Assembly: GCA_040382895.1 (NCBI GenBank)
Contig: JBEIEO010000001.1
Coordinates: forward strand, 1 to 43,453
DNA length: 43,453 nucleotides
Direction: 5' to 3'
From: Halobacteriovoraceae bacterium
GTDB taxonomy: Bacteria; Bdellovibrionota; Bacteriovoracia; Bacteriovoracales; Bacteriovoracaceae
Shown: positions 28,019 to 37,226 of the stretch, piece by piece
Layout of the letters: each line of letters begins with the position of its first letter
How positions within the stretch are numbered: the stretch's first letter is position 1
Translations under genes and position numbers: made by a program
Notes under the pieces: model-generated
What the model was told of the DNA's origin: nothing
Databases searched by the model: none
What the model saw: the letters and a program-made list of their open reading frames with translations, nothing else

Positions 28019-28740
28019 GCGTGCCCCGAATACACCAGTCGTCCCTGATCAAGATGAGCAATCTTACCTGGGAATTGTTTAATGAGTTCTTTATTGTGGG
28101 TGGCCCAAACTAATGTGAGGCCTTTTTTGTGATTAAAGTGATTAAGCACTTCAAACAGACGATAGGAATTCTCTTTATCCAGGGAACTGGTCGGCTCATC
28201 TGCCAGCAACGCTGTTGGTTTAGAAAGAAGAGCGCGAATCATAGCGACTTTCTGTTTCATTCCGCCGTTACAGTCCTCGATCTTTCGATTGAGATGATCA
28301 TAAACATTCAGCAGACGTGAGAGATCTTCCATTTCTTTGTAGAAGTCATTCTTCGAACCATGAATGGAAGAATCGTAGGCCAAGAACATATTGTCTTCAC
28401 AGGATTTGCGCTGAAGCAGTCTTAGATCCTGGAAAACTGTCGAGACAAAATGTTTAGATGAACGCATATGCGGAAGGATCGCTTTGCCTGAAGTGGGCTC
28501 AAGGTGACCACCTAATACACTTAAAAGTGATGTCTTTCCGGCACCAGAAGGGCCAGTCACGAAAAGAATCTCCCCCGGATAAATGGTTAACTGGACGGAT
28601 TTCAGGGCGCGAATAGACCCATACTCCACCGATAGATTGTCGAGGTGAAACAAATAATTCTGATGGTTTGATCCACCCGATTGGTGAGGTGTACGACCGG
28701 TTAACATCCTTGAAACCTGCCTTAAAATTACGGGATCCAT
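28006..28740 (-). CDS. ftsE: FtsE-like ABC ATPase
   Basis: GPSGAGKT, VFQDLRLL (FtsE-like), LLADEPT and ATH motifs. Confidence 0.82.
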   Translation of the reverse strand: MDPVILRQVSRMLTGRTPHQSGGSNHQNYLFHLDNLSVEYGSIRALKSVQLTIYPGEILFVTGPSGAGKTSLLSVLGGHLEPTSGKAILPHMRSSKHFVSTVFQDLRLLQRKSCEDNMFLAYDSSIHGSKNDFYKEMEDLSRLLNVYDHLNRKIEDCNGGMKQKVAMIRALLSKPTALLADEPTSSLDKENSYRLFEVLNHFNHKKGLTLVWATHNKELIKQFPGKIAHLDQGRLVYSGHACFI

Positions 28741-28828
28741 CTTGGATCCTATCTGTCATGATGCAAACATTGTACCGAGAGTCGATGTCATAAGTAAAGG
28801 CGTTGAGTCGGGTTAATTCCTGAGCATT

Positions 28829-30256
28829 TTAGCCGGAAATGATTCCCTCATTTTTCAACAACTCATAGGCCGAATCTGAACAATAAACATTCGGAACAAA
28901 ATTAAATTTGGTTTGTAGATCACTGATGATGGAATTTTCCACATCTCCCAGAAGTTTTACATCTCCGTTATCCATGAGGATCTTCGCTGGATCTCTTTCC
29001 AACAATAAATTTTCATTGGTTTTGGACTTCACCAACTTCTTACGGGATTTTACGAAGATGATATTTTTCTTTGGAAGATCTTCTACGATCCAATCCTTTA
29101 CCGTGCCTTTCTTCTTGAGAATTTCTTTGATTTCTTTAATCTTTTCCTCTGCACGCTTTACGATTTTATCGTAAACATGATCTTCATCCTGACTCAGAAT
29201 CCGTTGCTTGAACTCTTCACAACGAACTGTGCGCGGAGCTTTCCCAAACAACAAACAATGGGCCAGATCTTTGATACGAGGATTCTTATCAAAAGATCCA
29301 TTCGAATAATTGAGATGAACCTGAGTCATGAAATACTGATCGTTGAAGGTATAAAATTTCTCCGGTTCATGAGCGATCATGTCCATCAACTGAGAGTACG
29401 TAAAGATTTTGCCTTTCTCCAACATGTAGAAACAAAGTTCTTCGGCAATGGCATCAAAGCGCGCACCTCGAGCTGAGCGCACGACCTGGGAATACCAGGC
29501 AAAGCGTGCCATGAGAAAATCCTCAACTGCATGGAGTGCATTGTGGTTGATAGTCAGAACATCGTGCCCACTGACGTTCGCGACCTTGAAATGGTGTAGT
29601 AAGTAATCACGATCGTAAGTCCCGTAACGAATTCCAGAGTAGTGAGCATCTCTTAAGAGGTAGTCCATCCGGTCACAATCAATCTCAGAGTGAAGAATCT
29701 GATTGGCGAGAATCGATGAATCATTCCCCTTCACCAGATTGGAAATTTTCTGTGGATCTAAACGATACTTTTTCAGAATGAAAGTTATCCCGCCTGGATA
29801 ATCGGTATTCTTAATAATATAGGACCCGAGATGCTCATGATCATCCGGGTGACCTTTCCCACCCTTCTCATGAGTCGTCTCACCGTACCGAATGTAAGAC
29901 ATCTCGGTCGTATGGGAGAACATGAAAGTTCCCAGGTCATGCAAGAGAGCTGCTAAACGCAGACTCTGATGAAAGGCTTTTTGCGGAGACTGGACTTTAT
30001 CATCGAACAAATCAACTTCAGGCACTCCTCTTCCCAGACGCTGAAGAATTTTATGAGCGTTAAACATCACACCGATGGAGTGACCATAGCGGGAATGTTC
30101 GGCTCCCGGGAATGTGTAGAAGGTAAATCCTAATTGCTTAATCCATCGCAGGCGTTGATAAAACGGCGTGTGTATGATTTCCCATTCCAAATTTGTGAGA
30201 TGGATGAAACCGTAAAGAGGATCAAAAATGATTTTATTTTTTGAAGAGACTTCCAT
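28829..30256 (-). CDS. HD-domain phosphohydrolase (SAMHD1/dNTPase-like family)
   Basis: DPLYG, QRLRWIKQLG, HSRYGHSIG, LLHDLG and DRMDYLLRD. Confidence 0.9.
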   Translation of the reverse strand: MEVSSKNKIIFDPLYGFIHLTNLEWEIIHTPFYQRLRWIKQLGFTFYTFPGAEHSRYGHSIGVMFNAHKILQRLGRGVPEVDLFDDKVQSPQKAFHQSLRLAALLHDLGTFMFSHTTEMSYIRYGETTHEKGGKGHPDDHEHLGSYIIKNTDYPGGITFILKKYRLDPQKISNLVKGNDSSILANQILHSEIDCDRMDYLLRDAHYSGIRYGTYDRDYLLHHFKVANVSGHDVLTINHNALHAVEDFLMARFAWYSQVVRSARGARFDAIAEELCFYMLEKGKIFTYSQLMDMIAHEPEKFYTFNDQYFMTQVHLNYSNGSFDKNPRIKDLAHCLLFGKAPRTVRCEEFKQRILSQDEDHVYDKIVKRAEEKIKEIKEILKKKGTVKDWIVEDLPKKNIIFVKSRKKLVKSKTNENLLLERDPAKILMDNGDVKLLGDVENSIISDLQTKFNFVPNVYCSDSAYELLKNEGIISG

Positions 30257-30272
30257 GTTTCCTGAAATGATA

Positions 30273-30295
30273 TGGGGTCCAAACCATGGACCCCA
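30273..30295 (-). terminator. Hairpin/terminator between the small ORF and the HD gene
   Basis: TGGGGTCCA-AACCA-TGGACCCCA perfect 9-bp stem; weak U-tract. Confidence 0.55.
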
Positions 30296-30304
30296 GAGAT
30301 TTTT

Positions 30305-30517
30305 TTACTGTAGAGTAGAAGATTTTCTTTTACCTTTGCGGGCCTTGGCCACTTTGCTGATGGCGTATTCCATCATCATGAAAGCTTCCCGGCGAAGTCC
30401 ATTGTCATGGATATAGCGGTAGAAGTTTTCAATATCGCCGTTGGTGCGGAAGTTTTTGATAGTCATAACTTCTGTCGGCTGACCGGCTTTTTCATCGAGA
30501 TTTACTGTTTTAGACAT
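30305..30517 (-). CDS. Small basic hypothetical protein (70 aa)
   Basis: AGGAG RBS; hairpin right after the stop; Lys/Arg-rich tail. Confidence 0.75.
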   Translation of the reverse strand: MSKTVNLDEKAGQPTEVMTIKNFRTNGDIENFYRYIHDNGLRREAFMMMEYAISKVAKARKGKRKSSTLQ

Positions 30518-30572
30518 ATATGCTCCTGATTCGTGTTATTTTACTTTTTTAAGCCCAACTCTTCCACATTTT

Positions 30573-32060
30573 TTATTGTTCACGAGCTTCGATCAAACCG
30601 TAGCTGTGAAGCTTGTTGTAAAGAGTTTTCACTGTGATTCCAAGGGCTTTAGCTGCACGTGTTTTATTCCCATTTAAATGATCAAGAGTGTCAATAATGT
30701 GTTTCTTCTCAAGGTCAAACAGAGTGAATTCCACATATTTAACCGGTGCTTCAACTTTCTCAACTTTTACTTCCACTGCGAATTCTGGAAGATGAGCCGC
30801 TTCGATGTACTGTCCATCAGTCAGGATATAAGTACGCTCCATGATGTTTTTCAACTCGTGAGCGTTACCTGGCCAGAAGTAAGAAGTCAGTTTTTCAATG
30901 GCACCTGAAGTTAGGATTTTCGCCTGTGACTTGCCATGGTTCAGGAAGAACTCTGCCATAACTTTTACATCCTCCTGACGATCACGCAAGCCAGGGATAC
31001 GTAGAGCGATGGTGTTAAGTCTGTAGAACAATTCTTCTTTAAATTTGCCTTCTTCTACCAGTTTTTTTAGTTCAACTTTAGAAGTTGCGATCATGCGTAC
31101 GTTAAGTGCGATTTTTTCTTCGTTATCTACTGCGATCATTTCACCAGCAACCAAAGCTCTAAGAAGTTTTGTCTGGATATGAGCAGTCGTATTTGCGATA
31201 TCATCGATAATCAGAGTTCCGCCATTTGCCTGTACCAACAGACCTTTTGAGCTGAACAGTTCGCGATCAAGCTGAGCTTCGTTAAGAGCTGAGCAAGAAG
31301 CGATCACACATCCCCCCTTACGACCTGACCATGTGTGTATTTTCTTAGCGAGGATTTTCTTACCTACGCCATGAGCGCCTTCCATAAGAACCGGGAAATC
31401 CTGAGAGGCAATTTTCTTCGCCATCTGAACAACTTCCAGGAAGCTTTTAGAAAGACCGATCATCTGAGAGTTATCTTCCAGACCTTTAGAAAGGTGGATT
31501 TCAACACGGCTTGAAAGTTCTTTTTCTTTAGCTTCGATGCGAGACTGCAACTCACGGTTAAGATTCTTCGCCATCAGATAAAGATGCATGTTACGAATCG
31601 GAGACTGAAGTTGAGTCAGGATATCGTTGATGGCAGCGATGTCAGCTTCACCGAAGTTACGATCTTTTTTAAGAGACTGAACATTGATTGTACCGATTAC
31701 TGATCCTTCGATCATTACTGGAACACATAGCTCAGCTTCTACGATTTCTTCACGGATTCCAGTTGAAGCGATAGGGTCACGCTTTACTGAGTTTGAATAG
31801 TAAGCTCTTTTCATGCGAGCGACGTATCCAGAAAGGCCCTGGCCTTTGTTTAAAAATTTGGCAGAGTTAAGTGCCTGTCCATTTTCTGATAGAAGGCGGG
31901 TACAACCATCTGAAAGAACTTCGAAACCTAGTACTTTATGCTCTCCCATAATGTCCTGAACGAAGCCAGTAAGCTTAGAGAAAAACACCACTTCATCCAG
32001 ATTAGAAAGTAGAACTGTAGAAAGAGTAGCTAATTCGTTGTGGTTCAGAGCTGTTTTCAT
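30573..32060 (-). CDS. Atypical enhancer-binding protein: GAF + AAA+ (no GAFTGA) + Fis HTH
   Basis: AELCVP...IGTINV GAF; GAHGVGK; ANGGTL; LFYRL; WPGNAHEL; GNKTRAAKALGITVKTLYNKL. Confidence 0.9.
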   Translation of the reverse strand: MKTALNHNELATLSTVLLSNLDEVVFFSKLTGFVQDIMGEHKVLGFEVLSDGCTRLLSENGQALNSAKFLNKGQGLSGYVARMKRAYYSNSVKRDPIASTGIREEIVEAELCVPVMIEGSVIGTINVQSLKKDRNFGEADIAAINDILTQLQSPIRNMHLYLMAKNLNRELQSRIEAKEKELSSRVEIHLSKGLEDNSQMIGLSKSFLEVVQMAKKIASQDFPVLMEGAHGVGKKILAKKIHTWSGRKGGCVIASCSALNEAQLDRELFSSKGLLVQANGGTLIIDDIANTTAHIQTKLLRALVAGEMIAVDNEEKIALNVRMIATSKVELKKLVEEGKFKEELFYRLNTIALRIPGLRDRQEDVKVMAEFFLNHGKSQAKILTSGAIEKLTSYFWPGNAHELKNIMERTYILTDGQYIEAAHLPEFAVEVKVEKVEAPVKYVEFTLFDLEKKHIIDTLDHLNGNKTRAAKALGITVKTLYNKLHSYGLIEAREQ

Positions 32061-32124
32061 TGTTGTTCCCCTTTACACGTAATTCAAAGTTTGATTAAAA
32101 ATTACACAGTGCGTTAATGAGAAG

Positions 32125-32153
32125 ATATTACAATTTGCCTGAACTTTTTACAA
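32125..32153 (-). promoter_or_regulatory. Sigma-70-type promoter candidate for the bEBP gene
   Basis: TTGTAA-N17-TAATAT on the minus strand. Confidence 0.45.
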
Positions 32154-32196
32154 GACTATTTCGGTGCAGTGTTTAAAATTTCTGCATTTTTCTCTT

Positions 32197-33552
32197 TTAT
32201 TTCAGTATGTTAGTCCACTGAGGGGAGAAGCATCGTCCAAATTCCTGGGTTAATTGACCCAAAATCTCTCCATCCCTATTCATAATGTAGATATCTTGAA
32301 CGGCCTTGCTACGGGAAATGATCCTTTTGCTTGTAAAAACAATGAATTCGCCGTCCGGGGAATAGACCGGCTCCTCATTAGACCCAAAATCCTTAGTCAG
32401 TCTGACCAGATTGTTTCCATCGGAGCCAATACGATAAAGATCAAAACCATTATCTACCCAGGAAGTAAAAACGATCTCTTTCCCATCCGGTGAGAATCGT
32501 GGAGTGGCATTGAACTGACCCACGAAAGAAATTCGCTTCACATCTTTCTCGGTTTGATTCGGATCCATGGTGTAGATGTGGGCCCGTCCTGCGCGATTAG
32601 AAAGAAAAGTCATAAGTGATCCATCACGAGTAATGGAAGGGTCGACGTCATCGGCATAATGAGAAGTCACCTTACGCATGCGATTTGAATCAAGATTCAT
32701 TTCATACACGTCAGCATTTCCGCTGAAGGAAAGAGTCAAATAAATCACGTTTCCTGAAGCAGAAAAGATTGCTCCCGAGTTGATTCCAGGACGATCAGAA
32801 ACAGTAGTGAACGTCTTCGTTTTAAGATCGTACATCTTCAGATCAATATTCTTGATAGTGCGAACTTTATTGCGTGACACCTCTTTGTGAGGAGCAATCA
32901 AGGAAAACATAATTTTGGAATTATCTGGAGCAACTGACGGAGAGATCACGACAGAATTAAAATTCGTCAGTCTCTCAACTCGATTCCCATCAAAATCCAT
33001 GAGAAAAAGATCCTTGACCGCACTCTTGCCGGAAGTTCCCCGATCAGAGACAAAAACAATTTTTGAGAGGAAAACAGAAGGTTTTCCAGTCACTGAGCGG
33101 TAAATGCCATCGGCAATCTGGTGGGCAATTGGACGAATATTTTTTTGTTCCAGTTGAAAAGACTGATTATAGATTTCTTTCCCGGTCAGCACACTCCATG
33201 CCTTGAATTTTGCCTCGATACCATTTCCGGAAGCAGAGACTTGTGATGAGACAAAATAGGTCACACCCGTTTCTTTCCATGCGTCCATCTTTGGAGAGGA
33301 GTAGGAGTTCTGGCCTTTCCCAGAGTAATCTACTGAATTGAATTTATGCTTATAAAAGACAAAATCATTTCTCAGGATATCGATAAGTTCCGAAGCCAAA
33401 GACTTCTGAGGGCCCACAAGGGACTTCATTTCAGGATCATCGATGACAAACTTATCCTTTTCATCACCTGCTTCTCCGACGGCAATTACTGCGTCCTGAG
33501 CTAAAGACGAAAGAGAGAAAAGAATCATGAACAATGAAACAAGAAATTTCAT
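32197..33552 (-). CDS. tolB: Tol-Pal periplasmic beta-propeller TolB
   Basis: Signal; AHQIADGIY; PD40-type repeats (FSPDG, YSPDG). Confidence 0.92.
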   Translation of the reverse strand: MKFLVSLFMILFSLSSLAQDAVIAVGEAGDEKDKFVIDDPEMKSLVGPQKSLASELIDILRNDFVFYKHKFNSVDYSGKGQNSYSSPKMDAWKETGVTYFVSSQVSASGNGIEAKFKAWSVLTGKEIYNQSFQLEQKNIRPIAHQIADGIYRSVTGKPSVFLSKIVFVSDRGTSGKSAVKDLFLMDFDGNRVERLTNFNSVVISPSVAPDNSKIMFSLIAPHKEVSRNKVRTIKNIDLKMYDLKTKTFTTVSDRPGINSGAIFSASGNVIYLTLSFSGNADVYEMNLDSNRMRKVTSHYADDVDPSITRDGSLMTFLSNRAGRAHIYTMDPNQTEKDVKRISFVGQFNATPRFSPDGKEIVFTSWVDNGFDLYRIGSDGNNLVRLTKDFGSNEEPVYSPDGEFIVFTSKRIISRSKAVQDIYIMNRDGEILGQLTQEFGRCFSPQWTNILK

Positions 33553-33560
33553 GTTAACTC

Positions 33561-34355
33561 CTAGAGAGGGAATCCGAGAATAATTCCAAATTTGGTTAAA
33601 CGAGTCGCCACTGCCGGAGCCGGCGGAGAGAAACTAGACGCCTTTACCGCACCTACGGCACGGGCATCATAATCATCATTTCCAGATGATTCAAAAACTT
33701 CGGCTTTGATAAGTTGTCCATTTGGACCAATAAAAACTCTGATTCGACATTTTAGTCCCTGATTTTTCAGATAACTTGGTAGGTTCCAGAAAGGGCGCAC
33801 GGTTTCTGGCAGACCTTGAACGTAGGCGCTGAATTCAGAATTTTCTACATCGGAGTAATCTCCAACTAAAGCTCCACCTTTGGAGAGACGGTTTCCCTCA
33901 AGCACCAGCGTATTAAGATCCTTGCCACTACCGGCCTTAGTCCCCTGTTTCTTTTCCTTAGCTTCTACTTTTTTGGAAGAATAATCACTAATGAGATTCA
34001 TGAAGGAAGCTTTTTTCTTGGCCTCACCCTTCTCCTGAATCACAATGTCGTCTTTTTTGATGACGTCTTCAGCATCATCCTGGGCCTTCACTTCTTCTTT
34101 TGGTTTTTCTATCGGAGCTGGCTCGGCTTTCGTAGCTTCATTTTGCATTGCCCGAAGTTCCTGAACAGTAAATTTAGGCATTCCTACTACGTCCACTCTT
34201 ACGGATGAGCGGATGATCTCGATGTTATCGTTTACATTCATGGCTTTCATGATGGCAGGACCGCCGTAGAAGGCAAGCAAGACCAGCAGAGTGTGCACTC
34301 CACAGGAAATCAAAAAATTCTTAGTGAAATTCTGATCAGTGGTTTGTGAAAACAT
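33561..34355 (-). CDS. tolA: TolA/TonB-like energy transducer
   Basis: TM SxxxH motif (SCGVH); C-terminal ESSGNDDYD...A TonB-C-like domain; located between tolR and tolB. Confidence 0.85.
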   Translation of the reverse strand: MFSQTTDQNFTKNFLISCGVHTLLVLLAFYGGPAIMKAMNVNDNIEIIRSSVRVDVVGMPKFTVQELRAMQNEATKAEPAPIEKPKEEVKAQDDAEDVIKKDDIVIQEKGEAKKKASFMNLISDYSSKKVEAKEKKQGTKAGSGKDLNTLVLEGNRLSKGGALVGDYSDVENSEFSAYVQGLPETVRPFWNLPSYLKNQGLKCRIRVFIGPNGQLIKAEVFESSGNDDYDARAVGAVKASSFSPPAPAVATRLTKFGIILGFPL

Positions 34356-34775
34356 TTATTTCGTTTTCTCCACTTCGGTTACGAGGGCTATGTTGCTCAC
34401 GCCGGCTTTTTTCAAGCTGGCGATCAGTTTAGCCACTTTTTCGTATTTAAGATTGTAATCAGCTCGGATGTAGAGAACGTCCGTCTTTGCTTCCTTAAAC
34501 TTTTTTGTAATGGATGGTATGAGATCCTTGGATATCACCAGGTTTTTTCCCAAGAAAAACTGCTCCTGACTGGTGATCGAAAGAATCACCATCTCCTGAT
34601 TTAGACCTACGTTATTGACCTTCTGAGTTTTTGGCAATTTCAGATCAATCCCACTAAAGAGCATTGGTGCAGTTACCATGAAGATCACCAGGAGTACCAG
34701 CATCACGTCCACCAGTGGTGTTACGTTGATGTCGGCCACCGGACCTTTCTTATTTCCGCCGGTATTCATTCCCAT
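34356..34775 (-). CDS. tolR: TolR/ExbD
   Basis: INVTPLVDVMLVLLVIFMVTAP; IRAD. Confidence 0.93.
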   Translation of the reverse strand: MGMNTGGNKKGPVADINVTPLVDVMLVLLVIFMVTAPMLFSGIDLKLPKTQKVNNVGLNQEMVILSITSQEQFFLGKNLVISKDLIPSITKKFKEAKTDVLYIRADYNLKYEKVAKLIASLKKAGVSNIALVTEVEKTK

Positions 34776-34779
34776 GGAC

Positions 34780-35481
34780 TTATTCCTTTTTGATCAGGAT
34801 GGTTCGCTCAATCAGGTTTAAGAAGTCCTGAGAAAAGGATTCCATCTGAGAATTGATCCGGGAGATCTGGTTGTTGAATAAGTTATAAAACCAAACAGCA
34901 GGAATCGCAGCTGCTAGTCCTACGGCAGTAGCAACAAGTGCTTCCGCAATACCAGGCGCTACAGCTTCAATACTCCCCCCCCCTTGGGAAAGACCAGAGA
35001 AGGCATCGATGATTCCCCAAACTGTACCGAAAAGTCCGATGAACGGAGTAATGGATCCAATCGAGGCCAGGGTTGAAACTCGTGTATCCATTTTTTCATT
35101 GGCGGTATTGTAACCAGTTTTCAAAGCACGGCTGAGAGACTCAAAACCGTGTTCAGAAAAGTACTCGGCAATTGAGCCTTTCTTTCCGACATGAAGCTTT
35201 TCGCCAACTTTATTAAGCTCTTCGTAGCCACGGCGAAACATCAAACACATGGTTGAATCATGGTTCTCAGATGCTTCACGATGAATCTCAGATAAAGAAC
35301 TTGTGCCTTTGAAGAAGGCATTAAACTTTTCATTGGCGTCAGTGATCGCCTTGAGTTCTTTGTACTTCTGGAGAATGATCGTCCAGGAGAAAACTGAAGC
35401 CAGTACCAAAAGTAGTAAAACGATCTTTACCACAACTCCTGACTCGAGAAGAATTTGCCAAATATTTAGACTTCCATGCAT
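34780..35481 (-). CDS. tolQ: TolQ/ExbB
   Basis: PFIGLFGTVWGI; VAPGIAEALVATAVGLAAAIPA. Confidence 0.94.
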   Translation of the reverse strand: MHGSLNIWQILLESGVVVKIVLLLLVLASVFSWTIILQKYKELKAITDANEKFNAFFKGTSSLSEIHREASENHDSTMCLMFRRGYEELNKVGEKLHVGKKGSIAEYFSEHGFESLSRALKTGYNTANEKMDTRVSTLASIGSITPFIGLFGTVWGIIDAFSGLSQGGGSIEAVAPGIAEALVATAVGLAAAIPAVWFYNLFNNQISRINSQMESFSQDFLNLIERTILIKKE

Positions 35482-35490
35482 GAAATACCT

Positions 35491-36330
35491 CTATCTTAGA
35501 AGCTTACGGGCCGATGCGAGGACCTGATCCCTGTATCTGTAATAGGAGAACGATATCATCCAAATTACAGCTAGAAAAGCCAGGTTGAGGCGCTTGTCGA
35601 TTCGAAATGGAGAAAAATCGTCTCCCCAGACAGGATCGAGTCCAAAAAGAGAGCCCATAGGGGCAACAAACAGAACTAAGAAACAAACAACGTTGCTCCA
35701 ACTCTTGAAAGATTTCCCGCTCAGATAGATGAGAGACGTATAACAGAGAACAACGTAAGGCATGAGACCATAATAATCAGGAACGCTCAGACGAAATGCA
35801 AGGGCAAAAACCAGAGTGTAACAGAGTCCGAGTTCCAGGCGCGGTGGATGCTGTTTTTGATTCAGAACATCTTCCAGGTAAGCAATGACGATAAATTCAA
35901 CTCCAAAGAAGGTAAAAAGTCCCAGGAATGAGGTTACCTGGAAATACCAGTAACCAATATTCTGACCCACATAAGTAATCTGCCCGATTGTGATGTAGGC
36001 AAGAACCATGAAAATGGCGACCACAATCGCCTTGGGATCAGGCCAGCTGACAAGCTCCTGAACCAGTTCCCGGAATGACTTTAACTGATAGAGCCGAACC
36101 TTGAACCAGCGATTAAGTAAATAAAGAGAGCACAGTTTTGAAAGAATCAGGATTTCCCATTGGTTATTGTGCAACCAGGCCTCCACGATACTGATCTCGT
36201 GATCGAGTAGAAAGTGAAAAAAAGCACCGATTGAGCTTAGAATTACCACCAGCACCACAAACATCAACTGAAAGACAATGTAGTACTTCAGGTTTTTGAT
36301 CACCAGCGAGGTGGGAGTTTCCTGGATCAT
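35491..36330 (-). CDS. Integral membrane protein, possibly degenerate CPBP/CAAX-protease fold
   Basis: About 8 TM segments; motif remnants described under findings. Confidence 0.7.
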   Translation of the reverse strand: MIQETPTSLVIKNLKYYIVFQLMFVVLVVILSSIGAFFHFLLDHEISIVEAWLHNNQWEILILSKLCSLYLLNRWFKVRLYQLKSFRELVQELVSWPDPKAIVVAIFMVLAYITIGQITYVGQNIGYWYFQVTSFLGLFTFFGVEFIVIAYLEDVLNQKQHPPRLELGLCYTLVFALAFRLSVPDYYGLMPYVVLCYTSLIYLSGKSFKSWSNVVCFLVLFVAPMGSLFGLDPVWGDDFSPFRIDKRLNLAFLAVIWMISFSYYRYRDQVLASARKLLR

Positions 36331-37226
36331 TAGAGGACCTTGTCCTCAGGACTGATCCACTTAAGTTGCATTTCCGGTGAAGGGAATAGTTTTAGATAAT
36401 CTTTGTACTGGACGTTTACTTTAAGAAAGCTCTGCAGTTTTCCCAGTAATCTGAAGTAAACATTCCAAAGTTCAGGATTGGATTTTAAAAATGAGTCCAT
36501 TTTTTTTGTGACTTCAAATTGCTGCTGAAAGGTAAAACCTTTCTCATAAATCTGCTTGTGATAATTTTTCATCAACTCTTCAACCATGGTCAGATCAGGC
36601 TTCTGGCCATAGAAGCTGGTTCCAGCGAGTTTCTTCATCTTTTCAGAGGCAACCTGGTTTTTGAAATATCCTGCCTCCAGACGAAAATAATCTTCCAGAA
36701 ACATAAGGGAGATCTCAAGCTTACTGAGATCCAAAGAGCGGATGAACGGAACTGATAAGAGTAGAATCATTTCGCCGTCATTACCCGGAAGTGAAGCACG
36801 TACTAGAGTTGGAGTATTTACTAATAAGATCTTGAATTTTTTCTGAACGAAGCCAAGTGTTTGCAAAGTTGAGCGAAAAGACGATTCCAGACCATAGTCC
36901 GGCTTTTCAAAGTCCCACCCAAGAATCTGAGCATTTTTCACAAGCCAGTATTCGCTCATGAATCCCCAAAGTTCATCCTCGCTCGGATAGTTATAGCGTC
37001 CCTGATCCAGGTTCACCTGCTCTTTTTTCATAACAGCGACCTGGACTTTCTTCTGTTCAGCAGCTTGAGAAAGGCCGTCTTTTTCAAGAACCTTCTTGAT
37101 GCTTTTGAAATTCACAACTTCCAGTTCTTTTTCTTCCTGGAGCTTCTGCGCCTGGGCGTAAGCCCCAAAAGACAGCAAAAGTAGAAAACTACTGAACGCG
37201 AGATTCACCCTGAATGTATTGATCAT
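36330..37226 (-). CDS. Exported protein, possibly inactive M48-peptidase fold (start ATG 37226 or GTG 37208)
   Basis: Signal ending AYA/AQA; M48-like motif order without HExxH. Confidence 0.7.
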   Translation of the reverse strand: MINTFRVNLAFSSFLLLLSFGAYAQAQKLQEEKELEVVNFKSIKKVLEKDGLSQAAEQKKVQVAVMKKEQVNLDQGRYNYPSEDELWGFMSEYWLVKNAQILGWDFEKPDYGLESSFRSTLQTLGFVQKKFKILLVNTPTLVRASLPGNDGEMILLLSVPFIRSLDLSKLEISLMFLEDYFRLEAGYFKNQVASEKMKKLAGTSFYGQKPDLTMVEELMKNYHKQIYEKGFTFQQQFEVTKKMDSFLKSNPELWNVYFRLLGKLQSFLKVNVQYKDYLKLFPSPEMQLKWISPEDKVL

